A DNA stretch of 64,000 bases from Acidimicrobiia bacterium (GTDB lineage: Bacteria; Actinomycetota; Acidimicrobiia; IMCC26256; JACDBD01), in NCBI GenBank assembly GCA_051002235.1, contig JBPCMN010000042.1:2903-66902 (forward strand), given 5' to 3'. Below the pieces are notes generated by a model, which did no database searches, was not told where the DNA came from, and saw nothing but the letters and a program-made list of their open reading frames with translations. The position numbers and the translations under genes were made by a program. Positions 45,740 to 55,619 of the stretch are shown piece by piece (position 1 is the first letter of the stretch; the number at the start of each line of letters is the position of its first letter).

Positions 45740-48208
45740 ATGCCGGACGACGGCGCACAGCAGACGCTGGGGAACGTCGAGCCCATCGAGCTTCAAGAGG
45801 AGATGGAGCGCTCGTTCCTCGACTACGCCGTCTCGGTCATCACCGCACGCGCCCTGCCCGACGCGCGTGACGGTCTCAAGCCGGTGCAACGCCGGATCCT
45901 GTACGGAATGTACGACCAAGGCCTGCGACCCGACCGGAAGCACAAGAAGTCGGCCTCGGCCGTCGGCGACGTCATGAGCAAGTACCACCCGCACGACAGC
46001 ACGGCCATCTACGACGCGCTGGCGCGCATGGCGCAGGACTTCTCGCTGCGAGAGCCCCTGGTCGACGGGCACGGGAACTTTGGCTCTCCCGACCCGAACG
46101 ACCGACCCGCGGCCGCGCGGTACACCGAAGCGCGGCTCGCGCCGCTGGCGATGGCGGTAGTAGGCGAGATCGACGAGGACACCGTCGACTTCGAGGACAC
46201 CTACGACGGCGAGAACACCGAGCCCTCGGTGCTGCCGGCCCGCTATCCCAACATGCTCGTCAACGGCGCCGGCGGCATCGCGGTCGGCATGGCCACCAAC
46301 ATCCCGCCCCACAACCTGGGCGAGGTGATCGACGCCGCCATCCACATGATCGACAACCCCGACGCCAAGCCCAAGGACCTGATGAACTTCGTGAAGGGCC
46401 CCGACTTCCCGACCGGCGCGCTGATCCTCGGCCGCAAGGGGATAGACGAGGCGTACAAGACCGGCCGCGGCTCCATCAAGATGCGCGCCGTCGCCGAGAT
46501 CGACGAGGGCGGCAAGCGCAACGAGATGCGCATCGTCGTCACAGAGGTCCCGTACCAGACGTCGGTCGAGGTGATCGGCCAGAAGATCGCCGAGCTCGTG
46601 AACGACCGCAAGATCGACGGTATCCGCGACGTGCGCAACGAGTCGTCGGGCGACACCACCAAGCTCGTCATCGAGCTCAAGCGCGACGCCAATCCGCAGA
46701 TCGTGCTGAACCAGCTCTACAAGCACACGCCGATGCAGGCGACCTTCTCGGCGCACATGCTCGCCCTGGTCGACGGCGTGCCCCGCCTGCTCTCACTCGA
46801 CCGGGCGATCGTCGTCTATGTCGCCCACCAGATCGAGGTCGTCACCCGCCGGACGCAGTACCGGCTCCGCAAGGCGCAGGAGCGCGAGCACATCCTCCAG
46901 GGCCTCGTCCGCGCCCTCGACATGATCGACGCGGTGATCGAGCTCATCCGGGGGGCGGCCGACGTCGACACCGCCCGCGCCGGGCTGATGGCCAAGCCGT
47001 TCGAGTTCACCGAGGTGCAGGCCAACTTCATCCTCGACATGCAGCTGCGCCGCCTCACCCAGCTCGAGGGTAGGAAGCTGCGCGACGACCTCGCCGAGAT
47101 CCAGGAGACAATCAAGGATCTCGAGTCGATTCTCAAGAGCAAGAAGAAGCTCCACACGGTCGTCAAGACGGAGCTCGGTGACATCCGCGACCAGTTCGCC
47201 ACCGAGCGGCGCACGAAGATCACGCGCGACACCGGCGACCTCGACGTCCTCGATCTCATCGACGACGAAGAGGTCGTGGTCGTGCTCTCGAAGAAGGGTT
47301 ACGTGAAGACGGTCGCGGCCGACTCGTTTCGGCGCCAGGGGCGCGGTGGGCGCGGGGTGGCGGCGGCGAAGCTGCGCGACGAGGATTATGTCGAGCACCT
47401 GCTCATCACGAGTGCCCACTCCTATCTGCTGTTCTTCTCCAACCGGGGCCGCGTCTACCGGCTGCGAGCCCATGAGATCCCGATGAAGGAGCGGACCGCG
47501 CGCGGCACCGCGATCGTGAACCTGCTCTCCCTCGGGGCCGAGGAGAAGATCCAGGCGATCATCGACACCCGGACATACGAGGACGGCGCCTATCTCTTCT
47601 TCGCGACGAAGAAGGGAATGGTCAAGAAGACCCGGATCACCGAATACGACTCGAGCATCCGCAGCGGCCTGAGGGCGATCAACCTCAACGCCGGCGACGA
47701 GCTCGTACGCGTGATCCAGACCACTGGGCGCAGCGACATCATGCTCGTGTCGCGCGAGGGCATGACGATCCGCTTCTCCGAAGGCGGTGTGCGCGCGATG
47801 GGGCGCGCGACCGCGGGCGTGCGGGGAATGAAGCTCAAGGACAAAGCCGATGCGGTCGTGGCGTGCTCCGTCGCCCGCAACGACGCCGTCATGCTGTTCG
47901 TGAGCTCGAGCGGTCACGGCAAGCGGACGAAGTTGAGCCTCTTCAAGTGCCAGAACCGGGGCGGAACGGGCGTCAGGGGCATGAAGATCACTGCCGCCCG
48001 GGGGGGCGTAGTCTCCGCCTTCACCGTGGGCCCGGACGACGAAATCTTGGTGATCTCGTCGGGCGGCAATATCATCCGCATGGAAGCCAAAGAGATCTCG
48101 GCCCAAGGGCGGGACGCGACCGGCGTTCGGGTGGCCCGCCTCGGCGATGGCCAATCCGTGGTGGCGGTGGCGCCCGTGCTCGAAGCCGATGACGGAGAGG
48201 ACACCTAG
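45740..48208 (+). CDS. gyrA: DNA gyrase subunit A
   Basis: [19 protein letters not shown], active-site [11 protein letters not shown]-terminal beta-pinwheel repeats. No intein. Confidence 0.95.
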   Translation: MPDDGAQQTLGNVEPIELQEEMERSFLDYAVSVITARALPDARDGLKPVQRRILYGMYDQGLRPDRKHKKSASAVGDVMSKYHPHDSTAIYDALARMAQDFSLREPLVDGHGNFGSPDPNDRPAAARYTEARLAPLAMAVVGEIDEDTVDFEDTYDGENTEPSVLPARYPNMLVNGAGGIAVGMATNIPPHNLGEVIDAAIHMIDNPDAKPKDLMNFVKGPDFPTGALILGRKGIDEAYKTGRGSIKMRAVAEIDEGGKRNEMRIVVTEVPYQTSVEVIGQKIAELVNDRKIDGIRDVRNESSGDTTKLVIELKRDANPQIVLNQLYKHTPMQATFSAHMLALVDGVPRLLSLDRAIVVYVAHQIEVVTRRTQYRLRKAQEREHILQGLVRALDMIDAVIELIRGAADVDTARAGLMAKPFEFTEVQANFILDMQLRRLTQLEGRKLRDDLAEIQETIKDLESILKSKKKLHTVVKTELGDIRDQFATERRTKITRDTGDLDVLDLIDDEEVVVVLSKKGYVKTVAADSFRRQGRGGRGVAAAKLRDEDYVEHLLITSAHSYLLFFSNRGRVYRLRAHEIPMKERTARGTAIVNLLSLGAEEKIQAIIDTRTYEDGAYLFFATKKGMVKKTRITEYDSSIRSGLRAINLNAGDELVRVIQTTGRSDIMLVSREGMTIRFSEGGVRAMGRATAGVRGMKLKDKADAVVACSVARNDAVMLFVSSSGHGKRTKLSLFKCQNRGGTGVRGMKITAARGGVVSAFTVGPDDEILVISSGGNIIRMEAKEISAQGRDATGVRVARLGDGQSVVAVAPVLEADDGEDT

Positions 48209-48213
48209 CCCGC

Positions 48214-48849
48214 ATGGCGAGATCCCCCGGCGAGATGGACCCTCGCCCGACGCGACCGGTCGGGGCCGTGCCGCCCCCGGCCGAACGCGCCCCTGCGCCC
48301 GCGCCCGCACCCGAACCCGCGCCCGCGCCCGCGCCCGCACCCGAACCCGCGCCCGACCCGGACGGGGACTCGCGCCGCCCGCCGGCGCGCTCGCGCCAAC
48401 CGGTCAAGGCGGCGCCGCCGAAGCCGACCCGGGCGGACCGCAAGGCCGATCGCAACGCTCGTCGGGCGGCCAAGCCGGTCAAGCGCGAACGGCGGCTGCG
48501 TCACACGATCCAGAAGGTCGACCTCTGGTCGGTGATGAAGCTGTCGCTGTGCTTCTACCTCTGCGGGCTGGCGGTCACGCTCGTGGCGCTCGTCTCCCTC
48601 TGGCTCATCGCCGACGCCTTCGGCATCGTCTCCAACGTCGAGGAGTTCGTCGGTGACCTGCTGTCGTCGGAGGACTTCACCTTCCTATCGGGCGAGATGC
48701 TGCGAGGGGTGACGCTCGTCGGGCTGGTCGTCGTGATGCTCCAGGTCGTGGTCACGGTGATGTCGGCGGCGTTCTACAACCTGTTCGCGGAGCTGTTCGG
48801 CGGCATCGAGGTGACGGTCGTCGAGGAAGAGCCCGTCGCCCGTTCGTAG
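48214..48849 (+). CDS. DUF3566-like transmembrane protein (Rv0007 position)
   Basis: Pro/Ala-rich N-terminus, then IQKVDLWSVMKLSLCFYLCGLAVTLVALV...AAFYNLFAELFGGIEV. Directly after gyrA, as in mycobacteria. Confidence 0.75.
   Translation: MARSPGEMDPRPTRPVGAVPPPAERAPAPAPAPEPAPAPAPAPEPAPDPDGDSRRPPARSRQPVKAAPPKPTRADRKADRNARRAAKPVKRERRLRHTIQKVDLWSVMKLSLCFYLCGLAVTLVALVSLWLIADAFGIVSNVEEFVGDLLSSEDFTFLSGEMLRGVTLVGLVVVMLQVVVTVMSAAFYNLFAELFGGIEVTVVEEEPVARS
48295..48348 (+). repeat. in-frame tandem low-complexity repeat (PAPAPEP units)
   Basis: GCGCCCGCGCCCGCACCCGAACCC followed by GCGCCCGCGCCCGCGCCCGCACCCGAACCC. Coding, not CRISPR-like. Confidence 0.6.
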
Positions 48850-48900
48850 GTTGCGAGTACGCTCGCTCGCCGTGCCCGGCGCAGACCACAAACGTGGCGC

Positions 48901-48974
48901 GGGGCTATAGCTCAGTCGGTTAGAGCGCATCCCTGATAAGGATGAGGTCGGTGGTTCGATTCCACCTAGCCCCA
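48901..48974 (+). tRNA. tRNA-Ile (anticodon GAT), no encoded CCA
   Basis: Acceptor GGGGCTA/TAGCCCC, anticodon stem CATCC/GGATG with loop CTGATAA, T arm GGTGG-TTCGATT-CCACC. Confidence 0.9.
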
Positions 48975-48976
48975 CT

Positions 48977-49114
48977 GTGAAGACCTTCCGCCGTGGGTTG
49001 CTCGTCGCGCTAGTCGCGGTGCTGGTCGGCGGGTTCGTTCGTCTGCGAGGCAAGGGCGGGGTCCCGCCCACGAGCGGCGGCTGGCGGGAGCTCGAGGGTC
49101 CCGAGTTCCGTTGA
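48977..49114 (+). CDS. small membrane protein (45 aa), tentative
   Basis: Not in ORF track. GTG lies 2 nt after the tRNA-Ile end. VKTFRRGLLVALVAVLVGGFVRLRGKGG... GC3-rich. Stop overlaps the TTG start of the next gene (TTGA). Confidence 0.35.
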   Translation: MKTFRRGLLVALVAVLVGGFVRLRGKGGVPPTSGGWRELEGPEFR

Positions 49115-50118
49115 CGGCCGTCCTGCTGGTCGGCACGGGCGCCGTCGGTGTCTGCGCCGCTCGTCAGCTCGTCGACACGCCCGGGCTCGAACGGCTCCTG
49201 ATCGCCGGCCGCGACCACGCCCGGGTCCAGACCATCACGAACGCGCTGGGTGAGCGGGCCGAGCCGGCCCCGTTCGCGCCCGGCGACGCGCTTCCCGCCG
49301 GGGTCACCGCCGTCGCCACCGCCCTGCCGCCCGCGCTCGACGCCGCGGTCGCGGGCAGTGCGGTGGCCGCGGGTGTACCGGTCGCGTCGGTCGGCGACGA
49401 CGAGCACGCGGTGACCGCCCTGCTCGGCCTGGACGCCGGCGCCCGGGATGCGGGTATCGCGGTGGCGATCGGATGCGGGCTCGCACCTGGTCTCGCCGAC
49501 GTCCTCGCCCGCCATGCCGCCGGCGTGCTCGACCGGATCGACGAGGTGCACGTCGCCCGCTCGGGAGTAGCGGGGCCCACGTCGCGGGCCTCGCTTCGGA
49601 GGGCGCGGCGGGGCCGGCCGGCCGAGTGGCAGGACGGCGTCTGGCACCGGGAGCGGCGGGGTGCCGCTGAGCTCGTCTGGTTCCCCGACCCGGTGGGAGC
49701 GCGTGAGTGCGAGCCGGTCGCGGCGGGCACGGCGCTGCTGGTGGCTGAGTTCTCCGGTCTCCGCCGAGCGACGATGCGCTTCGACGAGCTCCCGCCGGCG
49801 AGCATCGCCGAGACTCTGACCCGGCGGCGCGCCGACGACAGCTGGGGCGCGGTGCGCGTCGAGGTCTGGGGGTGGCAGGGTCAGGTGCGCGCGCCGGTGG
49901 TATACGGCGTGATCGAGCGGACCGCGGTGGCAGCGGGAACGGTGCTGGCGGTGACCGCGGCGCGCCTCGCCGGCGCGCTCCCGACCCTCCCGCTGCGCGC
50001 CAGCCACGAGCACGGCGCGCAGGGTCTCGGCGCGCTGCTCGAGCCGCCACCGTTCCTGGCCGAGCTCGCCCGCCGGGGGGTCAAGGCCGCCGTGTTCGAG
50101 GGCGTGGCGGTTGCCTGA
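49111..50118 (+). CDS. saccharopine dehydrogenase-like NAD(P)-binding protein
   Basis: Rossmann start VLLVGTGAVGVCAARQL. 335 aa. Family assignment is by overall resemblance. Confidence 0.65.
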   Translation: MTAVLLVGTGAVGVCAARQLVDTPGLERLLIAGRDHARVQTITNALGERAEPAPFAPGDALPAGVTAVATALPPALDAAVAGSAVAAGVPVASVGDDEHAVTALLGLDAGARDAGIAVAIGCGLAPGLADVLARHAAGVLDRIDEVHVARSGVAGPTSRASLRRARRGRPAEWQDGVWHRERRGAAELVWFPDPVGARECEPVAAGTALLVAEFSGLRRATMRFDELPPASIAETLTRRRADDSWGAVRVEVWGWQGQVRAPVVYGVIERTAVAAGTVLAVTAARLAGALPTLPLRASHEHGAQGLGALLEPPPFLAELARRGVKAAVFEGVAVA

Positions 50119-50764
50119 GCTCCGTCTCGAGCGAGCCGTGCGGACCCTGCCGGTCGACGGCGACATCGAAGTGACGGTCGCATCGCTGCGAGCCCGAGTC
50201 CAGTGGGACAACGCGCGCTCGGGTGGCAGCCTCGGCCTCGGCCTCGCCACGCCACTGGCGGTACGGCCCCGGAGCGGGCCGGCATTGTCGGTGCGTTTGA
50301 CCGGACGAAGCGCCGCCGGGCTGGCGGCGGCAATGATCTGCCGAGGCGCCGCCGCGCCACCGAGAGGGGAGAACGACATGGACCAGCCCGAGCGGATCAG
50401 CTCGGTCGTGCCCAAGGTGGCCCAGTCCGACGAGATGGTGCGGACCTTCACCGCCGCCGCCACGGGGCAGGGAGTGGTCGGCGCCGCCACGACCGCCGGC
50501 GATCGAACGGCGGTGCCCCTGATCGAGACGATGTTCGCCGGCGGCTACGGCGGCGGGGGCGGCAGCGAGGGCGAGAAAGGGGACATCGGAGCGGGCGGCG
50601 GCGGCGGAGGATTCGCCCGCAGCCGGACCGTTGCGATTCTCGAGGTCGCGCCTGACGGCGTGCGGGTCAGGCCGGTCATCGACCAGACCGCGGTGATCCT
50701 CGCCGGGCTCGGTGCCGCGGTCGGCGTGCTCGGGGTGCTCCGGCGGGGTCGCCGCCGGCATTGA
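50111..50764 (+). CDS. GerW/YtfJ-like protein with C-terminal TM (possible internal start at 50378)
   Basis: C-terminal half TAVPLIETMFAGGYGGGGGSEG...GGGGGGFARSRTVAILEV resembles the YtfJ/GerW family. TTG 50111 overlaps the upstream stop. ATG 50378 has its own SD GAGAGGGGA. Confidence 0.5.
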   Translation: MPELRLERAVRTLPVDGDIEVTVASLRARVQWDNARSGGSLGLGLATPLAVRPRSGPALSVRLTGRSAAGLAAAMICRGAAAPPRGENDMDQPERISSVVPKVAQSDEMVRTFTAAATGQGVVGAATTAGDRTAVPLIETMFAGGYGGGGGSEGEKGDIGAGGGGGGFARSRTVAILEVAPDGVRVRPVIDQTAVILAGLGAAVGVLGVLRRGRRRH

Positions 50765-50807
50765 GTCGAAGGGGCGCGCCGCGCGTTCCCGTACCATCGC
50801 GAGTCAC

Positions 50808-50881
50808 GGGGACGTAGCTCAGTTGGCTAGAGCACCTGCTTTGCAAGCAGGGGGTCGTGGGTTCGAGTCCCATCGTCTCCA
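50808..50881 (+). tRNA. tRNA-Ala (anticodon TGC), no encoded CCA
   Basis: Acceptor GGGGACG/CGTCTCC, anticodon stem CCTGC/GCAGG with loop TTTGCAA, T arm GTGGG-TTCGAGT-CCCAT. Confidence 0.9.
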
Positions 50882-50980
50882 CCGACCGACGCCAGGCCGC
50901 GCCTACGGGAGGCGGATCTCGTGATCCCGTCGTCAGGCTCGGAGCTAGTGAACCGTGCTTGGAGCGGGCAGAGTCGTCGA

Positions 50981-51196
50981 CTACTGGGAGAGAGCCTCGG
51001 AGCCCTGGCTGTGGCGGCTGTCCTGGCGTCGAAGTGCCTGGTGGCGCTGGAGTCGGAGGTAGGCGGCGAGGACGACCGCCCGGTCGGCGGTCGGGGTCGA
51101 GCCTTCGTGCTCGATGAGTTGTTCGAGCGCGAGCGCGACCAGCGCCACATCCGGAGGTTCGAGATCGAGCCGGACCATCGGCCGGTTGGCGGTCAT
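50981..51196 (-). CDS. hypothetical small protein (71 aa)
   Basis: ORF 50981..51505 trimmed to ATG 51196, with a G-rich SD upstream. MTANRPMVRLDLEPPDVALVALALEQLIEHEG... GC3-rich. Confidence 0.4.
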   Translation of the reverse strand: MTANRPMVRLDLEPPDVALVALALEQLIEHEGSTPTADRAVVLAAYLRLQRHQALRRQDSRHSQGSEALSQ

Positions 51197-51264
51197 CGGG
51201 CCCCCCCCAAATCCGACAGATCGCCGCGAAGGGGGAGATTCTATACCTGGCCGCGGCCCGACCA

Positions 51265-52053
51265 TCAAGAGCGATCGGCCACTGAAAGCGGTCGGCCACG
51301 CGCGGCACGTCGGAGGCGTCGCCAAACGCGGCGCGCCGAGGCCAGGGCATAGGCGAGGCCCAGCACCACCCAGCCGCCGACCGCGTCGAGGAAGAAGTGG
51401 TTGCCGGTGACGACGGTGCAGAACAACTGGGCCGCCGGGTAAGCGACGAGCAGTGCCTTCGCCCACGGCCGGCGGACGAGCGGCCACAGCGCCAGCGCGA
51501 TCCAAGTCGACCAGCCGATGTGGAGGCTGGGCATGGCCGCGTAGAGGTTGTCGGCGCTGGGATCACGGCTCGCCTCGCCCAGCCCGAAGTACTCGACGCG
51601 GGTGTCGACGAAGCCGTAGCTCGCCGGCAGCAGGCGGGGTGGCATCAGGGGGTAGAGCCAGAACCCGGCCAGGGCCAGCCCCAGCATCACGATCAGGGTG
51701 TTGCGCCAGCGCACGTACCGTGCCGGCGCCTTGATGTAGAGCCACACCAGCGCGACCACCGGCATCACGAAGTGCACGCTGGCGTAGAAGATGTTCCAGA
51801 ACGAGATGAAGGCGCGATAGGGGAGGAACCACTCCTGGATGGTCTCCTCGTGATAGATGCCGAGGAGCCGCTCACCCCGGATCACCTGCCGGGCGTGGCG
51901 AAAGGCGTCGGCCTCGGAGCCGATGAGCTGGTCGCGGGCCCAGTCGTAGACAGTGGTGACGGCGCGGACCCCGATGATCTCGAGGACCCAGCCGAAGCGG
52001 ATCCGCCGGCTGCGCGGGGTGGGTGCGTCCGCCTCGAGCCGCCCGGGAGTCAC
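51265..52053 (-). CDS. PAP2-superfamily membrane protein (phosphatase / phosphoinositol-transferase-like)
   Basis: Multi-TM. C-terminal AAMPSLHIGWSTWIAL...VVTGNHFFLDAVGG resembles the PAP2_C motif. Start placed at GTG 52053 to avoid the divergent kinase gene. Confidence 0.65.
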   Translation of the reverse strand: MTPGRLEADAPTPRSRRIRFGWVLEIIGVRAVTTVYDWARDQLIGSEADAFRHARQVIRGERLLGIYHEETIQEWFLPYRAFISFWNIFYASVHFVMPVVALVWLYIKAPARYVRWRNTLIVMLGLALAGFWLYPLMPPRLLPASYGFVDTRVEYFGLGEASRDPSADNLYAAMPSLHIGWSTWIALALWPLVRRPWAKALLVAYPAAQLFCTVVTGNHFFLDAVGGWVVLGLAYALASARRVWRRLRRAARGRPLSVADRS

Positions 52054-52087
52054 CGCGGGCGAAAGTAGCCCCACGCAAGGTGGGAGA

Positions 52088-53797
52088 ATGGCTGGTCGGA
52101 AGGGTCCACGCCCGACATCTGGGGGAGCGATGGGGAGGGCAGCCCGGCGCGTCAGGTTGATGCTGGCGGTGGCGGTGGCGGTCGCGATCCCGTTCGCCCC
52201 CGGCCTCACCCGCGCCGAGCGGTTCGCGCTCGCCGGGCTCGTTCTCGGCTACGCGGCCCTGGCGGCGGTGTTCGACGAGATCGGGGCCCGCCGCACCCGC
52301 TTCCCGGCCACGCCCTTGAGTGCGCCGGCCGGCGTGGCCACGATCTTCGGGGCGACCCTCGTGCTCCCCGAGCTCCAGCCGGTGGCGCTCGTCTTCTACG
52401 TCGTCGCGGTGGCGTTCTACACCGCGATCGGCGGGATCCGGCTCGGGCTCGGTCTCGCCGCGGTCGCGGTGGGCGGTGCGGTCACCGCCCACCTCCTCGC
52501 CCCGAGCGACGAGCAGCTCGAGCCCCTCGCACTGGCGGCGTTCGCGGTGCTCCTGCCCGCGGTCGCGGCGGCCGCCGAGTTCCTGGCCCGGAGCCGGCGC
52601 CGCACCGCCGAGCGGCTGGCGCGGCTGCACGACGCGCTCCGAGCCGTGAGCGTCACCCCCGACCTTCAGGCCACCCTCGACTCGATCGCGGAGTCGAGCG
52701 CGGCAGCGGTGGGCGCGGCCGCCGCCGGCATCCTCCTGCGCGAGGAGGACCGGCTGGTTCCGGCCGCGTCCAGTTCCGGACGGCCCGAATGGATGAGCGA
52801 CGGCGCTCGCGACACCGGTCCGTTCGCGCGGGCGATGAAGCGCCGAGAGACCGTCGTCGCACCCGACGGACGTCGGTCTCTCGTGGCGGTGCCGCTGCGG
52901 GTGAGCGGTGAACCCATCGGCGTCCTGGCCGCCGCCTTCTCCGGGACGGGCGGCCCGGCCCGTGACGATCTCACGTTGCTCGAGACCTACGCGGAGCAGG
53001 CGGCACTGGTCATCGTGCAGGCCCAGGCGTTCGAGCGTGAGCGGCAGGCGGCCGAGCAGCTCGCCGAAGCGGACCGGCTCAAAGGCGAGTTCCTGGGCAT
53101 GGTGTCGCACGAGCTGCGCACGCCGCTTACCGTGGTGAAGGGTGTCGTCGACACCGTGCTCCTCCACTGGGAGCGCCTGCCCGACGAGCGTCGGCGCGAG
53201 CTGCTGGTCCGGGCATCCGGCAACGCCGACGAGCTGAACCGTCTGGTCGGCCAGCTGCTCGACTTCGCCCGCATTGAAGCCGAGCGGGTCCGTCTCGAAC
53301 CCGAGGTGCTGACGGTGCGGGTGTTGGTGGAGACGGCGCTGGAGCAGCTGGGGGCGGTGCTCGAGCGGCACCGAATCGAGGTCGACGTACCCGAATCGCT
53401 GGCGGTCATGGCCGATGCCGATGCCCTGGCCCACGTGCTGACCAACCTGCTCGTCAACGCGGCCAGGTTCGCGCCCCCCGGAAGTCTGATCATGGTGTCG
53501 GCCCGCGATGCCGATGACGAGGTGGTGATCTCGGTCGTCGACGAGGGGCCCGGCGTCGCGCCCGACGACCGTGAGCGCATCTTCGAGCGCTTCTACCAGG
53601 CGCCGGTTCACGCGTCGGCGCGCAAGGGGACCGGGATCGGGCTGGGCATCGCCCGGACCCTGGTCGAGCTGCACGGCGGCCGCATCTGGGTGGAGGGTCT
53701 GCCTGCCCCCGGCTCCACGTTCTCGTTCACGATGCCCGACGCCTCCGCATCCGACCGCGCTCCCGGCGCGACGCCAGCCGCGGCGGCCGGGGCATGA
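52088..53797 (+). CDS. sensor histidine kinase (multi-TM, GAF, HisKA, HATPase_c)
   Basis: ATG 52088 (SD GGGAGA). About 5 TM helices and a GAF-like middle. H-box MVSHELRTPL, N-box LTNLLVNAARF, G-boxes DEGPGV and GTGIGLGIA. Confidence 0.85.
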   Translation: MAGRKGPRPTSGGAMGRAARRVRLMLAVAVAVAIPFAPGLTRAERFALAGLVLGYAALAAVFDEIGARRTRFPATPLSAPAGVATIFGATLVLPELQPVALVFYVVAVAFYTAIGGIRLGLGLAAVAVGGAVTAHLLAPSDEQLEPLALAAFAVLLPAVAAAAEFLARSRRRTAERLARLHDALRAVSVTPDLQATLDSIAESSAAAVGAAAAGILLREEDRLVPAASSSGRPEWMSDGARDTGPFARAMKRRETVVAPDGRRSLVAVPLRVSGEPIGVLAAAFSGTGGPARDDLTLLETYAEQAALVIVQAQAFERERQAAEQLAEADRLKGEFLGMVSHELRTPLTVVKGVVDTVLLHWERLPDERRRELLVRASGNADELNRLVGQLLDFARIEAERVRLEPEVLTVRVLVETALEQLGAVLERHRIEVDVPESLAVMADADALAHVLTNLLVNAARFAPPGSLIMVSARDADDEVVISVVDEGPGVAPDDRERIFERFYQAPVHASARKGTGIGLGIARTLVELHGGRIWVEGLPAPGSTFSFTMPDASASDRAPGATPAAAAGA

Positions 53798-55143
53798 CGG
53801 CGATCATGCGACGCCTGGTGCCGGCGGCCGCGTTCACGCTCGTGGGCTTCGCCGCGCTGGCGAGCCCGGCCGCGACCGCGGCGCCGGCGGGCCCGCTGCC
53901 GCCGATCACGACCCCGCCACTCCCCATCCCCCTCCCGGTCAACCCCAACGAGCTGCTGGGCTCGGTCGGCGATGCCGTCGAGCAGCTCGTCGGCGGGATC
54001 CCCCTCCCCGGCGCCGCGCCCGCACCCGCCCCGGCTCCGGCACCCGCTCCGGGTCCGGCACCCGCTCCGGGTCCGGCCCCGGCCACCATTCCGCCGGCCG
54101 CGCCGCCGCCGGTACCGGCGGACACCGAGGCGGTCCCCGCGGACGGGCCAGCCGGACCCGACGCCGGACCGGCGGCGGGCGACGACGACTCCGGAGCCGA
54201 CGGCGGCCCCAGCTCGCTGCCGGCGCGGCTCGGTGCCGCCGCCGGGACGGGCGCCAACCTGCTGTTGCTGGCGCTGGGCCTCGGCCTCGCCTTGGTCGCC
54301 GCCAGCCCCCGCGGCCCGACCTACCGCCGGGCGCGACGCGAGGTGCTCGACCGGCTGGCGGACGCGTACGATCAACAGCACCGGGCGGCCGAGGAGCTCG
54401 CCGAGGCCAACCGGCTCAAAGGCGAGTTCCTGAGCATGGTCTCGCACGAGCTGCGCACGCCGCTGACCTCGGTCAAGGGTTTCGTCGACACCGTGCTCCT
54501 CCACTGGGACCGGTTCCCCGAGGAGCAGCGGCGCGAGCTCCTCGACCGGGCATCCGGGCGCGCCGACGAGCTGACCCGACTCATTTCCCAGCTGCTCGAC
54601 TTCGCCTCGATCGAAGCCGACCGGGTCGACGTCGACCTGCGGGTGCTGGACGTGCGCGAGCTCGTCGACGTGGTCATCGGTGACGTCGCCCCGGTTGTGG
54701 CCGACCACCGCATCGAGGTCGAGGTGACCGAGGAGCTCGTCATGACCGCCGATGCCGACGCGTTCTCACACGTCCTCGTCAACCTGTTGACCAACGCGGT
54801 GAAGTTCTCACCCGACGACAGCACCATCCGCGTCCAGGCCCGGGCCGAGCGCCACGAGGTCGTGGTGTCGGTCGCCGACCAGGGCACCGGCATCTCCGTC
54901 GAGGATCAGCGCCGAATCTTCGACCGCTTCTACCAGTCGGACGCATCCGAAGGCGACGGGAACGGGTCGCGACGCGGCACCGGCATCGGTCTCGCCATTG
55001 CCCAGCGCTTCACCGAGGTGCAGGGGGGGCGGATCTGGGTCGAGAGCGCGCCCGGGCAGGGCTCGACCTTCTTCTTCACTCTGCCGGTCGGTCGCGTCGC
55101 CGCCACTCGAGTGGTCGCGACCGCCACGCCGGCACCGGACTAG
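53794..55143 (+). CDS. sensor histidine kinase paralog (signal peptide, Pro/Ala-rich ectodomain, 1 TM, HisKA, HATPase_c)
   Basis: ATGA overlap with the upstream kinase. H-box MVSHELRTPL, N-box LVNLLTNAVKF, DQGTGI, GTGIGLAIA. The catalytic core is clearly paralogous to 52088..53797. Confidence 0.85.
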   Translation: MTAIMRRLVPAAAFTLVGFAALASPAATAAPAGPLPPITTPPLPIPLPVNPNELLGSVGDAVEQLVGGIPLPGAAPAPAPAPAPAPGPAPAPGPAPATIPPAAPPPVPADTEAVPADGPAGPDAGPAAGDDDSGADGGPSSLPARLGAAAGTGANLLLLALGLGLALVAASPRGPTYRRARREVLDRLADAYDQQHRAAEELAEANRLKGEFLSMVSHELRTPLTSVKGFVDTVLLHWDRFPEEQRRELLDRASGRADELTRLISQLLDFASIEADRVDVDLRVLDVRELVDVVIGDVAPVVADHRIEVEVTEELVMTADADAFSHVLVNLLTNAVKFSPDDSTIRVQARAERHEVVVSVADQGTGISVEDQRRIFDRFYQSDASEGDGNGSRRGTGIGLAIAQRFTEVQGGRIWVESAPGQGSTFFFTLPVGRVAATRVVATATPAPD

Positions 55144-55559
55144 TCGGCCCGCTCCTTGCGACGCACGAAAAACGTTCCCGTTCCCCGCGACACCAGCTCT
55201 CCCGCGGGGTCCCGTACCCACGACTCGAGGTAGGCGATCTGACGGGCGAGGCGGACGACCTCGCCCCGTACGGACAGCTCTGCACCGGCCTCGGCCGCCC
55301 GCATGGTCTCGTACTTGATGTCGAGCGTTGCCGCCCGATCCCCCGATTCGAGCGCGGCGTTGGTGGCGAAGTTCATCGCCGCGTCGTGGATCACGCCGTA
55401 CACCCCACCATGGACCGCGCCCAACGGGTTGCACGCGAGCTCGGTGGGCGTCCAGGTGGCGGTCGCCCACCCTTCGCCGTAGCCGTCGAAGGAGATCCCG
55501 AGCTGGGCCAGGAGGGGCATACCGCCGTCGCCGAGGGCGTTGTCCAGGTTGCGGGGCAC
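55140..55559 (-). CDS. PaaI-family hotdog thioesterase
   Basis: NPLGAVHGGVYGVIHDAAM... is a PaaI/4HBT-type motif. 139 aa. Confidence 0.8.
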   Translation of the reverse strand: MPRNLDNALGDGGMPLLAQLGISFDGYGEGWATATWTPTELACNPLGAVHGGVYGVIHDAAMNFATNAALESGDRAATLDIKYETMRAAEAGAELSVRGEVVRLARQIAYLESWVRDPAGELVSRGTGTFFVRRKERAD

Positions 55560-55619
55560 CGCTGGAGGCTAGTCAGAGGTGCCATCCACAGACGTGAGTC
55601 GTGCATTGCGCGGAGCGGC

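Noticed and set aside
45740-48208. Looked for inteins in gyrA (and in dnaB at 7867..9258, recF, dnaN), since actinobacterial GyrA and DnaB often host them
   Set aside because: Lengths (822 aa and 463 aa) and uninterrupted conserved motifs show no insertion.
48289-48360. Short tandem DNA repeats (also at 54010-54080 and 10190-10240) as possible CRISPR or VNTR
   Set aside because: They are in-frame low-complexity coding repeats (PAPAPEP, PAPAPGP, RGDRGD) with no spacers or repeat-spacer periodicity.
50921-51352. 143-aa plus-strand ORF after tRNA-Ala
   Set aside because: Arg-rich low-complexity C-terminus, and it overlaps the better-supported minus-strand small ORF (50981..51196) and the PAP2 3' end. 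No SD.
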